From a virus (Duplodnaviria > Caudoviricetes), in IMG/VR virus record IMGVR_UViG_3300000439_000009, positions 42,854-106,853 of that record: DNA of 64,000 nt. The stretch is one strand, 5' to 3'. Below, one piece after another: positions 1 through 9,721 of this stretch (position 1 is the stretch's first letter; every line of letters begins with the position of its first letter). The notes beneath the pieces were generated by a model. The model was not told the DNA's origin, did not search any database, and worked only from the letters and a program-made list of their open reading frames with translations. The position numbers were made by a program, and so were the translations under genes.

Positions 1-35
1 TGTATATACATTATATCAAACTGTTAGAGTTATTG

Positions 36-1088
36 TCAAATAGTTGTGTTATTAGAAGATCTGTTCCCGTACCCCACAGATGGCTTGCCATCATTTTCAT
101 ATGTCGCTCTTGACGGGAAATAGTATCTTGCATCTTGATCCTGTGAATTAAAATCAGGACCCATTTGACCTTTATTAGATGGAACAAATACACCAGACCA
201 AATTGATTCGCCCTTTTCCATCTTATTTTCTCTTTCAACAATTGCACGAGACCATGCAAATCCTGCATCTCCGCCCCATGCGTACCACATAACTTTACCA
301 TGTGAAGGCTTATCCCACTCTTTACCCTGCTTGTCAACTTCATGGCGTGAGAAGAATGAATACATACGCTTTACAGTATCAAGACTTAAAGACTCTCCAT
401 TAACAATTTGACGGGCTCTGCCCCAACCTACGGCTGTACCAGCTCCAGTTGCCTTGCCATCTTCTTTCCATTTAATTGCTTTGTGTGCTGCAGCCTTCAT
501 ACCTGCATTTGGCTTATAGCCAGAATCTGATTTCTTTACTTCTTTAGGAATGCAATCTGGAACAGTTTTACCATTCTTTTCTTTTGTACCCGCATACTCA
601 TAACCATCCCAGCAAGGACCTTGACCCTTGGTCATGCAACTTAAACATTTTTCTTCATCAGAAATATAATGATGATCATTTCCTAAATCATCACATCCGC
701 ATGTCATACATTTATTCACTACGTTATTCTCCTTATATTCCTCTGGAGTTTTAGTTGTCCTAACTTCATCGCTGAGTAGGTCTATTTTGGGGTTATCTAG
801 GCCTTTGAGAGCCTCTTCTGCTTCTGCCCTAGTCAAGTAGCAGCCTATTGATTGACCCGTTCCAGACTTCATTATAGCATATCCATGCTGACAATCTGGA
901 GTATTAAATTCAATTGACCAGCCGTCTCCACCTGTAAATATCATTTTCTTTACATCTGGCACGTTTGTATATAAAGCACCTAATTGTGCCTGGGCCTGGG
1001 CTTTAGACGGATGTGTTCCAACAACCTTACCAGTAGCAGTAACTACTACTTGATACTTGTTACCTTCACGTCTGATATTATATGGCAT
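36..1088 (-). CDS. Modular phage protein, possibly head-associated or protease-processed
   Basis: 350 aa of short modules: two copies of Y-x-V...TG.(V/S)(V/I)G.(H/Y)...A.A...L, a CxxCGC segment, CWDGYEYAGTKEKNGKTVPDC, and a GT.VGW.RARQI...TVKRMYSFFSRHE...WGGDAG..W block that I recall from phage head-region proteins. TATAAT lies 6 nt upstream of the ATG. Confidence 0.55.
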   Translation of the reverse strand: MPYNIRREGNKYQVVVTATGKVVGTHPSKAQAQAQLGALYTNVPDVKKMIFTGGDGWSIEFNTPDCQHGYAIMKSGTGQSIGCYLTRAEAEEALKGLDNPKIDLLSDEVRTTKTPEEYKENNVVNKCMTCGCDDLGNDHHYISDEEKCLSCMTKGQGPCWDGYEYAGTKEKNGKTVPDCIPKEVKKSDSGYKPNAGMKAAAHKAIKWKEDGKATGAGTAVGWGRARQIVNGESLSLDTVKRMYSFFSRHEVDKQGKEWDKPSHGKVMWYAWGGDAGFAWSRAIVERENKMEKGESIWSGVFVPSNKGQMGPDFNSQDQDARYYFPSRATYENDGKPSVGYGNRSSNNTTI

Positions 1089-1109
1089 ATGACAATTATA
1101 CCGTATTTA

Positions 1110-1358
1110 CTATAATCCAGCCAATATTTCATCATCTGGAGTATCTGGGTTATTTTCTGTATAAAGAGCTTTAAGAGTCTTTTTATTTTCTACTCTTTGA
1201 ACAGATTCTCCCATACCTATGACAAACATAATTGTTGGAATAATTATATCTATGGGTATATTAGGAAAGCTTTTATTTAAATAAATAATTAAAGCAGAAA
1301 TATACCCAGATACTCGTGAGGGATGTTTTCTAAGATATTTAGATATTTTATGCAACAT
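1110..1358 (-). CDS. Small membrane protein (holin-like candidate)
   Basis: 82 aa with two hydrophobic stretches; start overlaps the upstream stop codon. Confidence 0.5.
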   Translation of the reverse strand: MLHKISKYLRKHPSRVSGYISALIIYLNKSFPNIPIDIIIPTIMFVIGMGESVQRVENKKTLKALYTENNPDTPDDEILAGL

Positions 1359-1720
1359 TAATCTCCTAATGAAGTTTTATTATCTACTGCTGAAAATGAA
1401 GCATTAATTTCATCTATGGTTAATTTACCATCATCCATAAATCCACGTGCTAAACCTTCAACAACTTTTGCTACACCTAAAGTTCCCGCCATAAAAACAG
1501 CTGTTAAAGTTTTAATTCCAAAAATGGAACCTGCCCCTATGACTGAAAGACCAGTTGCTGCAAATACTGCTAATATTCTCATAATGATATTATTAACACT
1601 TGCTATTACACCACTTCCAACTTGTTGTGGGATATCTGCAGGTGTTAATGGCTTTGCTGCTATCGCTGCTGCTTCGGCTTTAATTTTATTTATTGCATAT
1701 GTTGGTTCTAATTGAGACAT
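1358..1720 (-). CDS. Membrane protein, two TM helices (holin-like candidate)
   Basis: ILAVFAATGLSVIGAGSIFG and AVFMAGTLGVA hydrophobic segments, then DDGKLT.DEIN. Confidence 0.55.
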   Translation of the reverse strand: MSQLEPTYAINKIKAEAAAIAAKPLTPADIPQQVGSGVIASVNNIIMRILAVFAATGLSVIGAGSIFGIKTLTAVFMAGTLGVAKVVEGLARGFMDDGKLTIDEINASFSAVDNKTSLGD

Positions 1721-1724
1721 ATTT

Positions 1725-1907
1725 TTACTCCTTTCCCTTTGGATTTCTTAATCTAAATGTTGCAATCCACAAGAAGATAGAAATAAGAATTGCATCTCCA
1801 ACAACTGTCTTTGCGGATCCCGTCAAAACTAGCCACGCAGAGAATAGACCAACGAAAGTCCAAATCTGATTGGCTAGGTCTGACATTAAACCTTTAATTA
1901 GTTTCAT
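1725..1907 (-). CDS. Small two-TM membrane protein
   Basis: 60 aa, largely hydrophobic; ATGA overlap with the upstream gene. Confidence 0.55.
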   Translation of the reverse strand: MKLIKGLMSDLANQIWTFVGLFSAWLVLTGSAKTVVGDAILISIFLWIATFRLRNPKGKE

Positions 1908-4684
1908 TTGCCGAACCTCCTTCTAAGTGCTGCTATTTGTCCTACGACAAGTGTAGTCACTAAGATTTTTTTAGCTTTCTTTCTTGTTACAGGCGACATA
2001 TCATTGCCAATATTAGCCATTGCAACAAATGCTTGATTGATTGCTTGCACTCCAGGAACTGAAGCAAGTGTACCAGTTATTGGGGTTAATACCACAGGGA
2101 CAGCAACATCTGGAGCATTAAAACTATCTCCCCCTGGTTGACCGATAAATGTATCAGCAGTAGTGATTGCATCTGCAGGAATAGGTAAACCAGATCCTGG
2201 AGGTGGGGCAGGAGGTGTAAGATGACCATCTTCTCCAACAACTTGAGGTGCACTTTGTGTACCAAAGAATTGAATACCGCCATTTTCTACTCCTTTTACA
2301 TCTACTTGAATATGTGGAACTAAAACTTCTGCTGGAGCAGGCTTTGGAATGTCAGTTGGCAGTTGTGCGGGATTGTTTGGAACGACGCCAGTTGATGCCA
2401 CTAACGCTTTGTCTGCTGCTACTTTGTCTGCTGCTACTTTGTCTGCTGCTTGATGTGCAGCTTTATCTGCTTCTGCTTTAGCAGCATCAGCTTTTGCCTG
2501 TGCATCTTTTTGTGCTTGTATAGCAGCATCCTGTGCGGCTTTTGCATCTTTTGCTTGTTGCTCTTTAGCTGCTTGTTCAGCAGCAATTCTATCCGCTTCT
2601 GCTTTTTGTTTATCTGCTTCTGCTTTAGCATTTGCAGATTCTTGTGCAGCTTTTGCTGCCTCATCTTTAGCTTTTTGTTCTGCTAGTGCAGCATCTTGTT
2701 CGGCTTTTGCTTTTGCGTCCGCCTCTGCTTTAGCAGCGTCTGCTGCTGCTTGAGCATCTTTTGCTGCTTGAATTTTTGCGTCTTCTGCTGCTTTGTCTGC
2801 TGCTGCTTGTGCTTCTTTGGCTGCTTGTTCAGCAGCAATACGTGCATCTTCTGCAGCCTTGGCTTCCGCTGCTGCTTTTTCATTTGCTGCTTGCTGTGCA
2901 GTTGCTGCTGCATCTGCTGCAGCTTTATCTGCTGCTGCTTGTTCTGCCAATGCTTGTGCTCTTGCTGCCCTAGCTTCTGCATCTGCTTTTTGTTGTGCAG
3001 CTAATGCTGCGTCAGATGCTGCTTTATCGGCTGCTGCTTGTGCTATTGCAGCTTGACGATCTGTTTCTGCTTTAATTGCTGCTTGTCTTGCAGCCTCTGC
3101 CTCTGCAGCAAGTCTTGCTTGTTCTGCATAATAATCTTGTGTAACAGTAACTGCATTTCCAGTAGCAGTATTTGCATCTTGAACAGCAACAGTTGCAGTA
3201 TCTGCAAGAGAGTTAGCAGTTTGCAATGTAGCATTTGCTGTATTTTGAGCATCTGTTAAATTTTGTTTTTGTATAGACAAATTTTCCTGTGCTGTTGTTA
3301 GATCTCTTTGTGCTAAATTATATGCTTGTTGTGCTGCATCTATAACAGATTGTTGGGCATTTACATCATTAACTGCATCGTGAAGTGCTTGTACTGCTTG
3401 TGCTACTACCTGTGCTTGTGCATCATATGCATTTTGAGCAGAAGTTAAATTAATTTGTGCTGTAGATACTGAAGCGGTCAATGTTGGATTTGGAGCAGAA
3501 GTAGTAGATATTACATGACTAAAATTAGTTGATGTAGGGGATGTAAAATATTGATTATTAATCATATAACCTAAAGTTACTCCAGCACCTCCGCCATTTT
3601 CATAATACCAAAGAATAATATCTTGCGTTGTGCCAGCGGTAATATCAAATGATTGACTATAAGGACTCCAAGCTAATCCTTGATCTCTCCAGTTATTAAT
3701 AACTAAATTACCATCAATATAAAGTTTTGATCCATCGTCTGAGTAAACAGCATATTTAACAACTGTTGCATCTGACGGTAATGTAATCTTGCCTTCAAAT
3801 TTTACAATTACATGATCTGATAATCCAGAATTAAGTATTTGACCACTTCCCCAATTATAAGTAATCTGAGGTACTGTCAGAACCTCTACTGGAGTAGCAT
3901 TTGCAGCGGGGAGTGCAGGAGAGGCACCATTTGCTGCATGATAAACTGTTGCTATAAGTCCTGGTTGAGTAACATCAACAGTTGTTAATGGAGCAGAATT
4001 CAGTGCAGTTTGGGCATTTGTTAAATCAGTTTGGGCATTATTTAGGTCTGTTGATTTTTGATCAAAGGTAGAATTTTCAGCATTTGCTGTAGATTGTGCA
4101 TTTGATGCAGTAGATTGTAAATCTGGCAACTTAGCAGTTTCGGTTGTTAGAATAGTTTGAGCATCAACCGCTTTAACTGTAGCGGTATCTACAGTAGTAA
4201 CGGCTTGCGTTACTATTGCTGTTTGTGTATCCACTGTAGCAATTGCTGTTTGTGCAACCTGTGTTGCAGCTGTAGCAGAATCAATTGTTTGTTGAGCTAT
4301 TTGAATTTTAGTATTTGCTTCAGCAACAGCAGATGCCATGGGTTCTTGTGTAGTAGCTATAGAAATTGCTGTTGAGGTATCTGTATTGGGAACGTTTGCT
4401 TGAATTGTTGAAATTATTGCATTCCCGTTTGCTTCTGAAGTTGTTTGAAGGCTTGAAATGGCTGCATTAATTTTATTTTCTATAACAGCAACTGTAACAG
4501 TTGATGTATCAATAACAGCATTTACTGTTGAAGTATCTGTTATAGCAATTGGAATATCTGAGACGGGTTGGGAAGTATCTGTGGCAACGGGTGCATCATC
4601 GGCATGTGCTTTATTAGACGGGAAAAGAAATAGCAACCCTGTTATAAACAAGGCTGCTATTATAAATTTAATCTTTCTGGTCAT
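1904..4684 (-). CDS. Secreted or membrane-anchored PA14-domain protein with Ala-rich coiled coils
   Basis: Signal peptide ending AHA|DD; PA14-type motifs (ITYNWGSG, VKFEGKI, YSDDGSKLYIDGNLVINNW.DQ, WYYENGGGA); long A/Q/K/E coiled coil; Pro-rich linker; C-terminal basic-hydrophobic-basic anchor. Confidence 0.75.
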   Translation of the reverse strand: MTRKIKFIIAALFITGLLFLFPSNKAHADDAPVATDTSQPVSDIPIAITDTSTVNAVIDTSTVTVAVIENKINAAISSLQTTSEANGNAIISTIQANVPNTDTSTAISIATTQEPMASAVAEANTKIQIAQQTIDSATAATQVAQTAIATVDTQTAIVTQAVTTVDTATVKAVDAQTILTTETAKLPDLQSTASNAQSTANAENSTFDQKSTDLNNAQTDLTNAQTALNSAPLTTVDVTQPGLIATVYHAANGASPALPAANATPVEVLTVPQITYNWGSGQILNSGLSDHVIVKFEGKITLPSDATVVKYAVYSDDGSKLYIDGNLVINNWRDQGLAWSPYSQSFDITAGTTQDIILWYYENGGGAGVTLGYMINNQYFTSPTSTNFSHVISTTSAPNPTLTASVSTAQINLTSAQNAYDAQAQVVAQAVQALHDAVNDVNAQQSVIDAAQQAYNLAQRDLTTAQENLSIQKQNLTDAQNTANATLQTANSLADTATVAVQDANTATGNAVTVTQDYYAEQARLAAEAEAARQAAIKAETDRQAAIAQAAADKAASDAALAAQQKADAEARAARAQALAEQAAADKAAADAAATAQQAANEKAAAEAKAAEDARIAAEQAAKEAQAAADKAAEDAKIQAAKDAQAAADAAKAEADAKAKAEQDAALAEQKAKDEAAKAAQESANAKAEADKQKAEADRIAAEQAAKEQQAKDAKAAQDAAIQAQKDAQAKADAAKAEADKAAHQAADKVAADKVAADKALVASTGVVPNNPAQLPTDIPKPAPAEVLVPHIQVDVKGVENGGIQFFGTQSAPQVVGEDGHLTPPAPPPGSGLPIPADAITTADTFIGQPGGDSFNAPDVAVPVVLTPITGTLASVPGVQAINQAFVAMANIGNDMSPVTRKKAKKILVTTLVVGQIAALRRRFGK

Positions 4685-4747
4685 TTAGACCTCCACGTAG
4701 AAGCGTCTACATGGCTATTATACCAGAATGACTACTTAATTAGTTAT

Positions 4748-5296
4748 TTATGCTGAATACTTTGGACGACCAAAGCCAACAACAGTTGCCCATAGGTGTT
4801 TTCCATTATTTACTCTGTAACCACGAACATTAGAACATACTTCTCCACCATTATCAGGGCTTCCTGAAGGCTTATGATCTGGAGATGTATTTCCTTCTAC
4901 AGTTGTAATTGTACCGTCTCCATTATTGTGCAGAACAACACCTACATGCTGTACTGGACTTGTTGGCAATGCATGTGGAATAAACGAGAAGAAGATTAAA
5001 TCTCCTGGTTGCGGGGTGCCAGTATTGGGATCAATAATTTCTCCTGCTGTTTTGAAAGCAGCATACCCTGCTGGTGTATAAACAACATTTGGGATTGTTA
5101 CGCCCGACTGGTGGGCGCACCAGTTCATGAAACTTCCGCACCATGCCTGTCCGTCATGTCCTGTAAACTTGCCATAATCTGTTTCGTTATCTTTTGGTCC
5201 TTCAACAACGCCAACTTGCGACATTGCTACTTCTAAAAATCTTGCAGCAGATCCTTGTGGATGTACTGTTACTGGTGGAACTGGTCTTGATGCCAT
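4748..5296 (-). CDS. Endolysin, CHAP/NlpC-P60-type Cys-His amidase
   Basis: A.SQVGVVEG..N.T.YG, AWCGSFMNW, PQPGDLIFF, HVGVV, TVEGNTS, VGFGRP motifs. Confidence 0.85.
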   Translation of the reverse strand: MASRPVPPVTVHPQGSAARFLEVAMSQVGVVEGPKDNETDYGKFTGHDGQAWCGSFMNWCAHQSGVTIPNVVYTPAGYAAFKTAGEIIDPNTGTPQPGDLIFFSFIPHALPTSPVQHVGVVLHNNGDGTITTVEGNTSPDHKPSGSPDNGGEVCSNVRGYRVNNGKHLWATVVGFGRPKYSA

Positions 5297-5571
5297 TATT
5301 TTACCTCTTTCGTGTGAAATACATTCACTTTAATTTTATTTTTAAACGATTTAGCTTCTGATATCCACTTATTAATATTAAATAAATATACAGAAATATA
5401 AATTGTGGAGCCAAATATAAAGCCCCACTGTTTAGTTTGAATACTATATGCTACCCAAGCACATTCTGTACAGATACCGACTGCGTATCCCCGCCAATTT
5501 TTACGTCCAGTAAGATATATACCAACAACTCCGATTGCTGATAAAGCCCATGACCATATTTGTGTATTCAT
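5296..5571 (-). CDS. PnuC-like three-TM membrane protein
   Basis: WSWALSAIGVVGIYLTGRK.W.GY...W..Y.I.T.QWGFI. Start moved to the ATG at 5571, which follows AGGAGG. Confidence 0.55.
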   Translation of the reverse strand: MNTQIWSWALSAIGVVGIYLTGRKNWRGYAVGICTECAWVAYSIQTKQWGFIFGSTIYISVYLFNINKWISEAKSFKNKIKVNVFHTKEVK

Positions 5572-5589
5572 TCTACCTCCTATTATACC

Positions 5590-5617
5590 AAAAGGGCGGA
5601 ACAATTAAGTTCCGCCC
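5590..5617 (-). terminator. Rho-independent terminator
   Basis: GGGCGGAAC-6 nt-GTTCCGCCC followed by TTTT on the minus strand, just downstream of 5633..6754. Confidence 0.75.
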
Positions 5618-5632
5618 CCAAGGTTGTATTAT

Positions 5633-6754
5633 TTACTTAACTGCTGCAAACTTGTACTTCTTAGCCTGAGCGTTATACTTAGCAACTAGTGCAAGATAAG
5701 CCTTATTAAGAGTAGCAAGGTCAGAAGCATGTGTTGCCTTCTCGAGTGTAAGGGCAGTTGTAGCAGCATCTAGGGCAGACTTTGCATCTGCTGATGCCTT
5801 ATCTGATGCTACCTTATCGGCTGCACGTCCTGCTTTTTCTGCTGTAAGGGCTGCAAGGTCATTAGCATGTGCCACCTTTTCTGCTGCAAGTGCAGCATCT
5901 GAACTAGCCTTTGCAGAATTTGCTGCTGCAAGCTGTGCATTCAATGCAACAATCTGTGCACCAAGATCAGATACATTAAATGTTGCAATTGCTGACTTGA
6001 CTGCTGCAGGAAGACCTGTTGCAGTTGCTGCGATTGAAGCATCTGTTGCAACTACGGTCACTGATCCCGCTACTGCTGTAGCAAGTGTTCCTGTTGCTGA
6101 TCCTAGTACTGTGACTGGAGTTACTCCTGCTGCAGATGTTACAGAAGCAGTTGTAAGGGTCTTTGTAATTGATGCATCAGAGAATGTTGCACCGATCAAA
6201 GTTACAGAAACAGCCTCAGATGCAACTGGGTTTCCAAATACGTCTGTTGCTGAAACAGAAATTGTTGGAATAGTTCCGACTGATGTTGCTGAAGGGACTG
6301 CGACTGCAACGTTTGCTGCAACGCCTGCTGTACCCTTAATGTAAACAATTGTTGAATATGCACCATTTGTAATGGTAACTGATCCAACAGAAGTTGAAGT
6401 TGTGTATGCATATACTGTCACTGCAGCACCTGTTGATGTTACAGAAATTGATGATGTGCCTGATGCAACAGAAACTGGTGCAAGGGTTGTGTTCAATGCT
6501 GAAACAAGCTTTACGCCTGATGCAACAAATGAAACTGATGTTGCAGTATCTGCTGTAGCAGCAAGTGCTACGGTATTTGATGAATCAATTACATTTGATA
6601 CTGGGACGGCTACTGATACTGGAGCAGTCGCTGTTGTTGTGTTTGTTGATCCAGCAACAGTTACCGCAAGCGGTGCTGCATGTGCTGAAGTTGAGATGCC
6701 TGCGATTGCAAGAGCTGCAGCTGCTGCAATAGCGATCTTCTTTGTTACGTTCAT
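5633..6754 (-). CDS. Secreted Ala/Thr/Val-rich protein (Ig-like beta region plus C-terminal coiled coil)
   Basis: Signal peptide MNVTKKIAIAAAAALAIAGISTSAHA|A; ATDVFGNPV Ig-like motif; Ala-rich coiled C-terminus. Confidence 0.65.
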   Translation of the reverse strand: MNVTKKIAIAAAAALAIAGISTSAHAAPLAVTVAGSTNTTTATAPVSVAVPVSNVIDSSNTVALAATADTATSVSFVASGVKLVSALNTTLAPVSVASGTSSISVTSTGAAVTVYAYTTSTSVGSVTITNGAYSTIVYIKGTAGVAANVAVAVPSATSVGTIPTISVSATDVFGNPVASEAVSVTLIGATFSDASITKTLTTASVTSAAGVTPVTVLGSATGTLATAVAGSVTVVATDASIAATATGLPAAVKSAIATFNVSDLGAQIVALNAQLAAANSAKASSDAALAAEKVAHANDLAALTAEKAGRAADKVASDKASADAKSALDAATTALTLEKATHASDLATLNKAYLALVAKYNAQAKKYKFAAVK

Positions 6755-6776
6755 TGTTTTCCTTTTCTTTAGTAGG

Positions 6777-7022
6777 TTATTTTCCTAGGTTTTTACCTAA
6801 TAGTTTAGGCAAATCTAACATTCCCTGCTTTAGGGCATCAAGCTCTTTTTTAAGCTTGGCATTTTCTTTGCGAAGGTCTTCCGCAATAGATTCTATTCTA
6901 TCACATTGTATTTGTTTTGTCTCTATGGCTTCAATATACCAGCTTAATTTTTGCTGAGAATCATGATATAAAGACTCATAATCAATCTTAGTTTTATTAC
7001 TCTTCAGTAACTTAAGTTTCAT
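6777..7022 (-). CDS. Hypothetical coiled-coil protein
   Basis: 81-aa ORF in line with the operon; heptad pattern. Confidence 0.5.
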   Translation of the reverse strand: MKLKLLKSNKTKIDYESLYHDSQQKLSWYIEAIETKQIQCDRIESIAEDLRKENAKLKKELDALKQGMLDLPKLLGKNLGK

Positions 7023-7027
7023 AATCC

Positions 7028-8869
7028 CTACAATATTGTAAAATTGTCTACAAAACCAGTTTCTGGATTTGGTTCTTCATCTTCTATACCAAGATAATCT
7101 TTTAGGCTTGCTGGCATATATCTGATATTTGGAGCTTTGATAGTGTTATCTTGCTTTACATCTGATGGGCTCCCGACCACTTCTTCATCAAATGCATCAT
7201 AGGAGTAAACTTGGATTTCTCCATCTCCCTTTGGTGTTAATGATATCGCATTAAAAATTGCACCGCAAGTAGCATCTGCAAGGTCTTTAGAACCTTTGCG
7301 TGGGTGATCAACCTTATCCCTTTTAACAATTCTTAATTCAAGTAATTCATCAATAATTAAAGGTAATCTAGGACCAGTTAATCTTTCTTCCATTACGCAT
7401 AAAAGCATATCTTCATAGTGTTTTTTAGCCACAGAAAGGACTTCACAGTTCATTCCGTATGATTTTAACTGCTCCATCATGTCAAAAGAATTCCATCGGT
7501 CAAATGTAACTCTACGAATATTAAATCCTCTTTGTTTTAAACTAATTATATAGTTCTTAACATCTGTAAAGTCAACAGACTTTTCTTTAGTAGGAGTCCA
7601 ATATCTGATTGCATCAACAACTACAAATGGTTGTGCATCTGTATATGCGCCAGATAGTTTCATAGTAACCCACTTATCTACATGTGCCATTGATACTGCA
7701 CAATGGTCATGCTTTTGTGCTAAGTCAACGTGTATATAATATGACTTTTCTGGATCTGGCACAAACCATTCTTTAAATGCATTATTTTCATCAAGGGCTA
7801 TGTTTAAATTGCTAAATGCAGTTTCAACTTTTTCACGGGAATGGAAAAGTGCATCAATAGCTTCAGGAGGCATACATGCAAAACGAGATAGGGCATCTAT
7901 AGGATCTGAATAGAAGTTCATAGCTAAATCTTCAATTTTAATTGTTGGGTTAATCTCCCATGTGGGACGCTTTAATGCAAATACTCTAGGCACATTATAG
8001 TTAAGGATATGATCTTCTTCCCATTCAATTGAGAATTCATTACCTTCAGTCCCCTCTGGTAAATCTTCATCTACTTTAAAAGTATGTGTACGAACTATAA
8101 CTTCTTTATCTGCAACTACTTCATTATATCTTTGTTGAATATAATCATTTTTAAAACGTGGGAATGAAAGAAGAATTACCTTTCCAAATTGTGGAAAACG
8201 AGAGTCTACAGATCCTCTAAACATCTTATAGATTGCAGAAGCAGTTTTAGATTGTTCATTACCGCTTGTTGAATCTAAATCAAAACCTGAAATTTCGTCA
8301 AGCACTGCAAATAAAAGGTTGTAACCCTCCCAAGATTCTCTTTGAGAGTGACCAGAGTGAACGGTAATTGCTTTGTCAAAAGCAATACTTCCCATCTTTG
8401 CTTCATATTTGCCATCAAACCAACGGCATCGTGTTATTCTGTTTTTAAAACCTTTAAAAAAAACCTGTTGTGCCTGTATAGCGTTTACCGCAACGTTAAT
8501 AATATCAATGGAGTCTCCTGGAGGTTTGCCATAATATCTGGCTGGATCTTTAAGACAAAGCAATAAATAAACTACATACGAACACGCAATAGTTGAAGTA
8601 TAGTCTTTTCCAGAACCTTTTCCCAGCTGGAAGATAACTTCATTACAAGTTTGCCCCCATCTTTTTGCTCCATCTTCTTCTCCGTATAACTTAATTAATG
8701 TTTCTTTTTTATAAATTTGAGTTGATGCTTTGATCATTTGATATTGATATTGTGAAAGTGGTGGCAAAGCAAGATAGTCTTTTGAAGTTACAAACTCCTC
8801 AATTTCTACTGGGGTTTCTTCAAAAGCATCTTCTTCAAGAGCACCTAAAAATTCACTAAAATCAGTCAA
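7028..8869 (-). CDS. terL: Terminase large subunit
   Basis: Walker A LGKGSGKD, Walker B AVLDEISGF, RNase H-like nuclease motifs HVDLAQKHD, TFDRWNS, KVDHPRKGSKDLADA. Confidence 0.9.
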   Translation of the reverse strand: MTDFSEFLGALEEDAFEETPVEIEEFVTSKDYLALPPLSQYQYQMIKASTQIYKKETLIKLYGEEDGAKRWGQTCNEVIFQLGKGSGKDYTSTIACSYVVYLLLCLKDPARYYGKPPGDSIDIINVAVNAIQAQQVFFKGFKNRITRCRWFDGKYEAKMGSIAFDKAITVHSGHSQRESWEGYNLLFAVLDEISGFDLDSTSGNEQSKTASAIYKMFRGSVDSRFPQFGKVILLSFPRFKNDYIQQRYNEVVADKEVIVRTHTFKVDEDLPEGTEGNEFSIEWEEDHILNYNVPRVFALKRPTWEINPTIKIEDLAMNFYSDPIDALSRFACMPPEAIDALFHSREKVETAFSNLNIALDENNAFKEWFVPDPEKSYYIHVDLAQKHDHCAVSMAHVDKWVTMKLSGAYTDAQPFVVVDAIRYWTPTKEKSVDFTDVKNYIISLKQRGFNIRRVTFDRWNSFDMMEQLKSYGMNCEVLSVAKKHYEDMLLCVMEERLTGPRLPLIIDELLELRIVKRDKVDHPRKGSKDLADATCGAIFNAISLTPKGDGEIQVYSYDAFDEEVVGSPSDVKQDNTIKAPNIRYMPASLKDYLGIEDEEPNPETGFVDNFTIL

Positions 8870-9386
8870 CTGATATTACCTCTACCTGATTGGTTGCGGA
8901 GGATAGCCTTCTGGCAACTTCTTGCTTGCAGTTAGGACAAGATGAAGTAACATCTCTTAATATCCCTACAAGTATCTCTTGCTTGCGTTCTGTTTCAAGT
9001 ATCTGATCTGCCATCTCATTCTTTTCAAGCACACCAGCTTTTTGTAGCATGTCAATTCTTTTTCCTTCTACATCCGCTATAAGCTTGAGGGATTGGGCTT
9101 TTACATTTAAAGCTTCTTGAGCATCTGCTTGCTCTACAGTATTCCAAGCCTCTTTAATAATCATCGAGTAATGTTGGTCCGCTGCACCAAGAGCTTCTCT
9201 GGCTCTTTCACGAATACCGCTATCTCCCTGCATAAGATCACGCCAATTTGATAGCATTTGATTTACTTGCATAGGCTTTAACGAGAATGATTTTGCAATC
9301 TGATTTACATTGTTGCCTTTAATAAACTCAGCAACAACCTTATTCATTTGCTCAAAATGATCTGAAAGTTCTATTACATTATCCAT
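8862..9386 (-). CDS. Probable terminase small subunit (N-terminal HTH)
   Basis: HTH-like segment (KG.NVNQIAKSFSL), helical; overlaps the terL start. Confidence 0.6.
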   Translation of the reverse strand: MDNVIELSDHFEQMNKVVAEFIKGNNVNQIAKSFSLKPMQVNQMLSNWRDLMQGDSGIRERAREALGAADQHYSMIIKEAWNTVEQADAQEALNVKAQSLKLIADVEGKRIDMLQKAGVLEKNEMADQILETERKQEILVGILRDVTSSCPNCKQEVARRLSSATNQVEVISVD

Positions 9387-9569
9387 TTATCTACCATTAT
9401 CTGTTTTATAAAAGCCAGAACCTTTAAATTGGATCCCAGCTGGCGTATATACTCTTACCATCTTATAACCGCAAGATTGACATGGCGGAATAACTTCAGG
9501 ATCACTAAATGATCTAGTAACTTCTATTTTTTCTTCACACTCTACACAGTTATATTCATAAACTGGCAC
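9387..9569 (-). CDS. FmdB-family zinc-ribbon protein
   Basis: MPVYEYNCVEC...CQSCG..M.RVY...GIQFKGSGFYKTD signature. Confidence 0.85.
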   Translation of the reverse strand: MPVYEYNCVECEEKIEVTRSFSDPEVIPPCQSCGYKMVRVYTPAGIQFKGSGFYKTDNGR

Positions 9570-9721
9570 TATCTGTTCCCTCTTTTTTGTATCCCGTATT
9601 TTTCTAAATATCTAACTATTGTCATATGGCTACATCCAGCTTCTTTTGCAAGTGTAACAATATCTTTACGCTCAACTACATAACGTTTGTAAAGCCAATC
9701 TTTAGATTCATATAGCTTCAT
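9569..9721 (-). CDS. Small HTH DNA-binding protein (50 aa; not in the ORF track)
   Basis: Hand translation MKLYESKDWLYKRYVVERKDIVTLAKEAGCSHMTIVRYLEKYGIQKRGNR*; fills the gap exactly, with overlapping start and stop codons. Confidence 0.75.
   Translation of the reverse strand: MKLYESKDWLYKRYVVERKDIVTLAKEAGCSHMTIVRYLEKYGIQKRGNR

Noticed and set aside
2086-3259. Several Cys-, Leu- or Gln-rich short ORFs
   Set aside because: They are shadows of the GCA/GCT-rich Ala coiled coil of 1904..4684.
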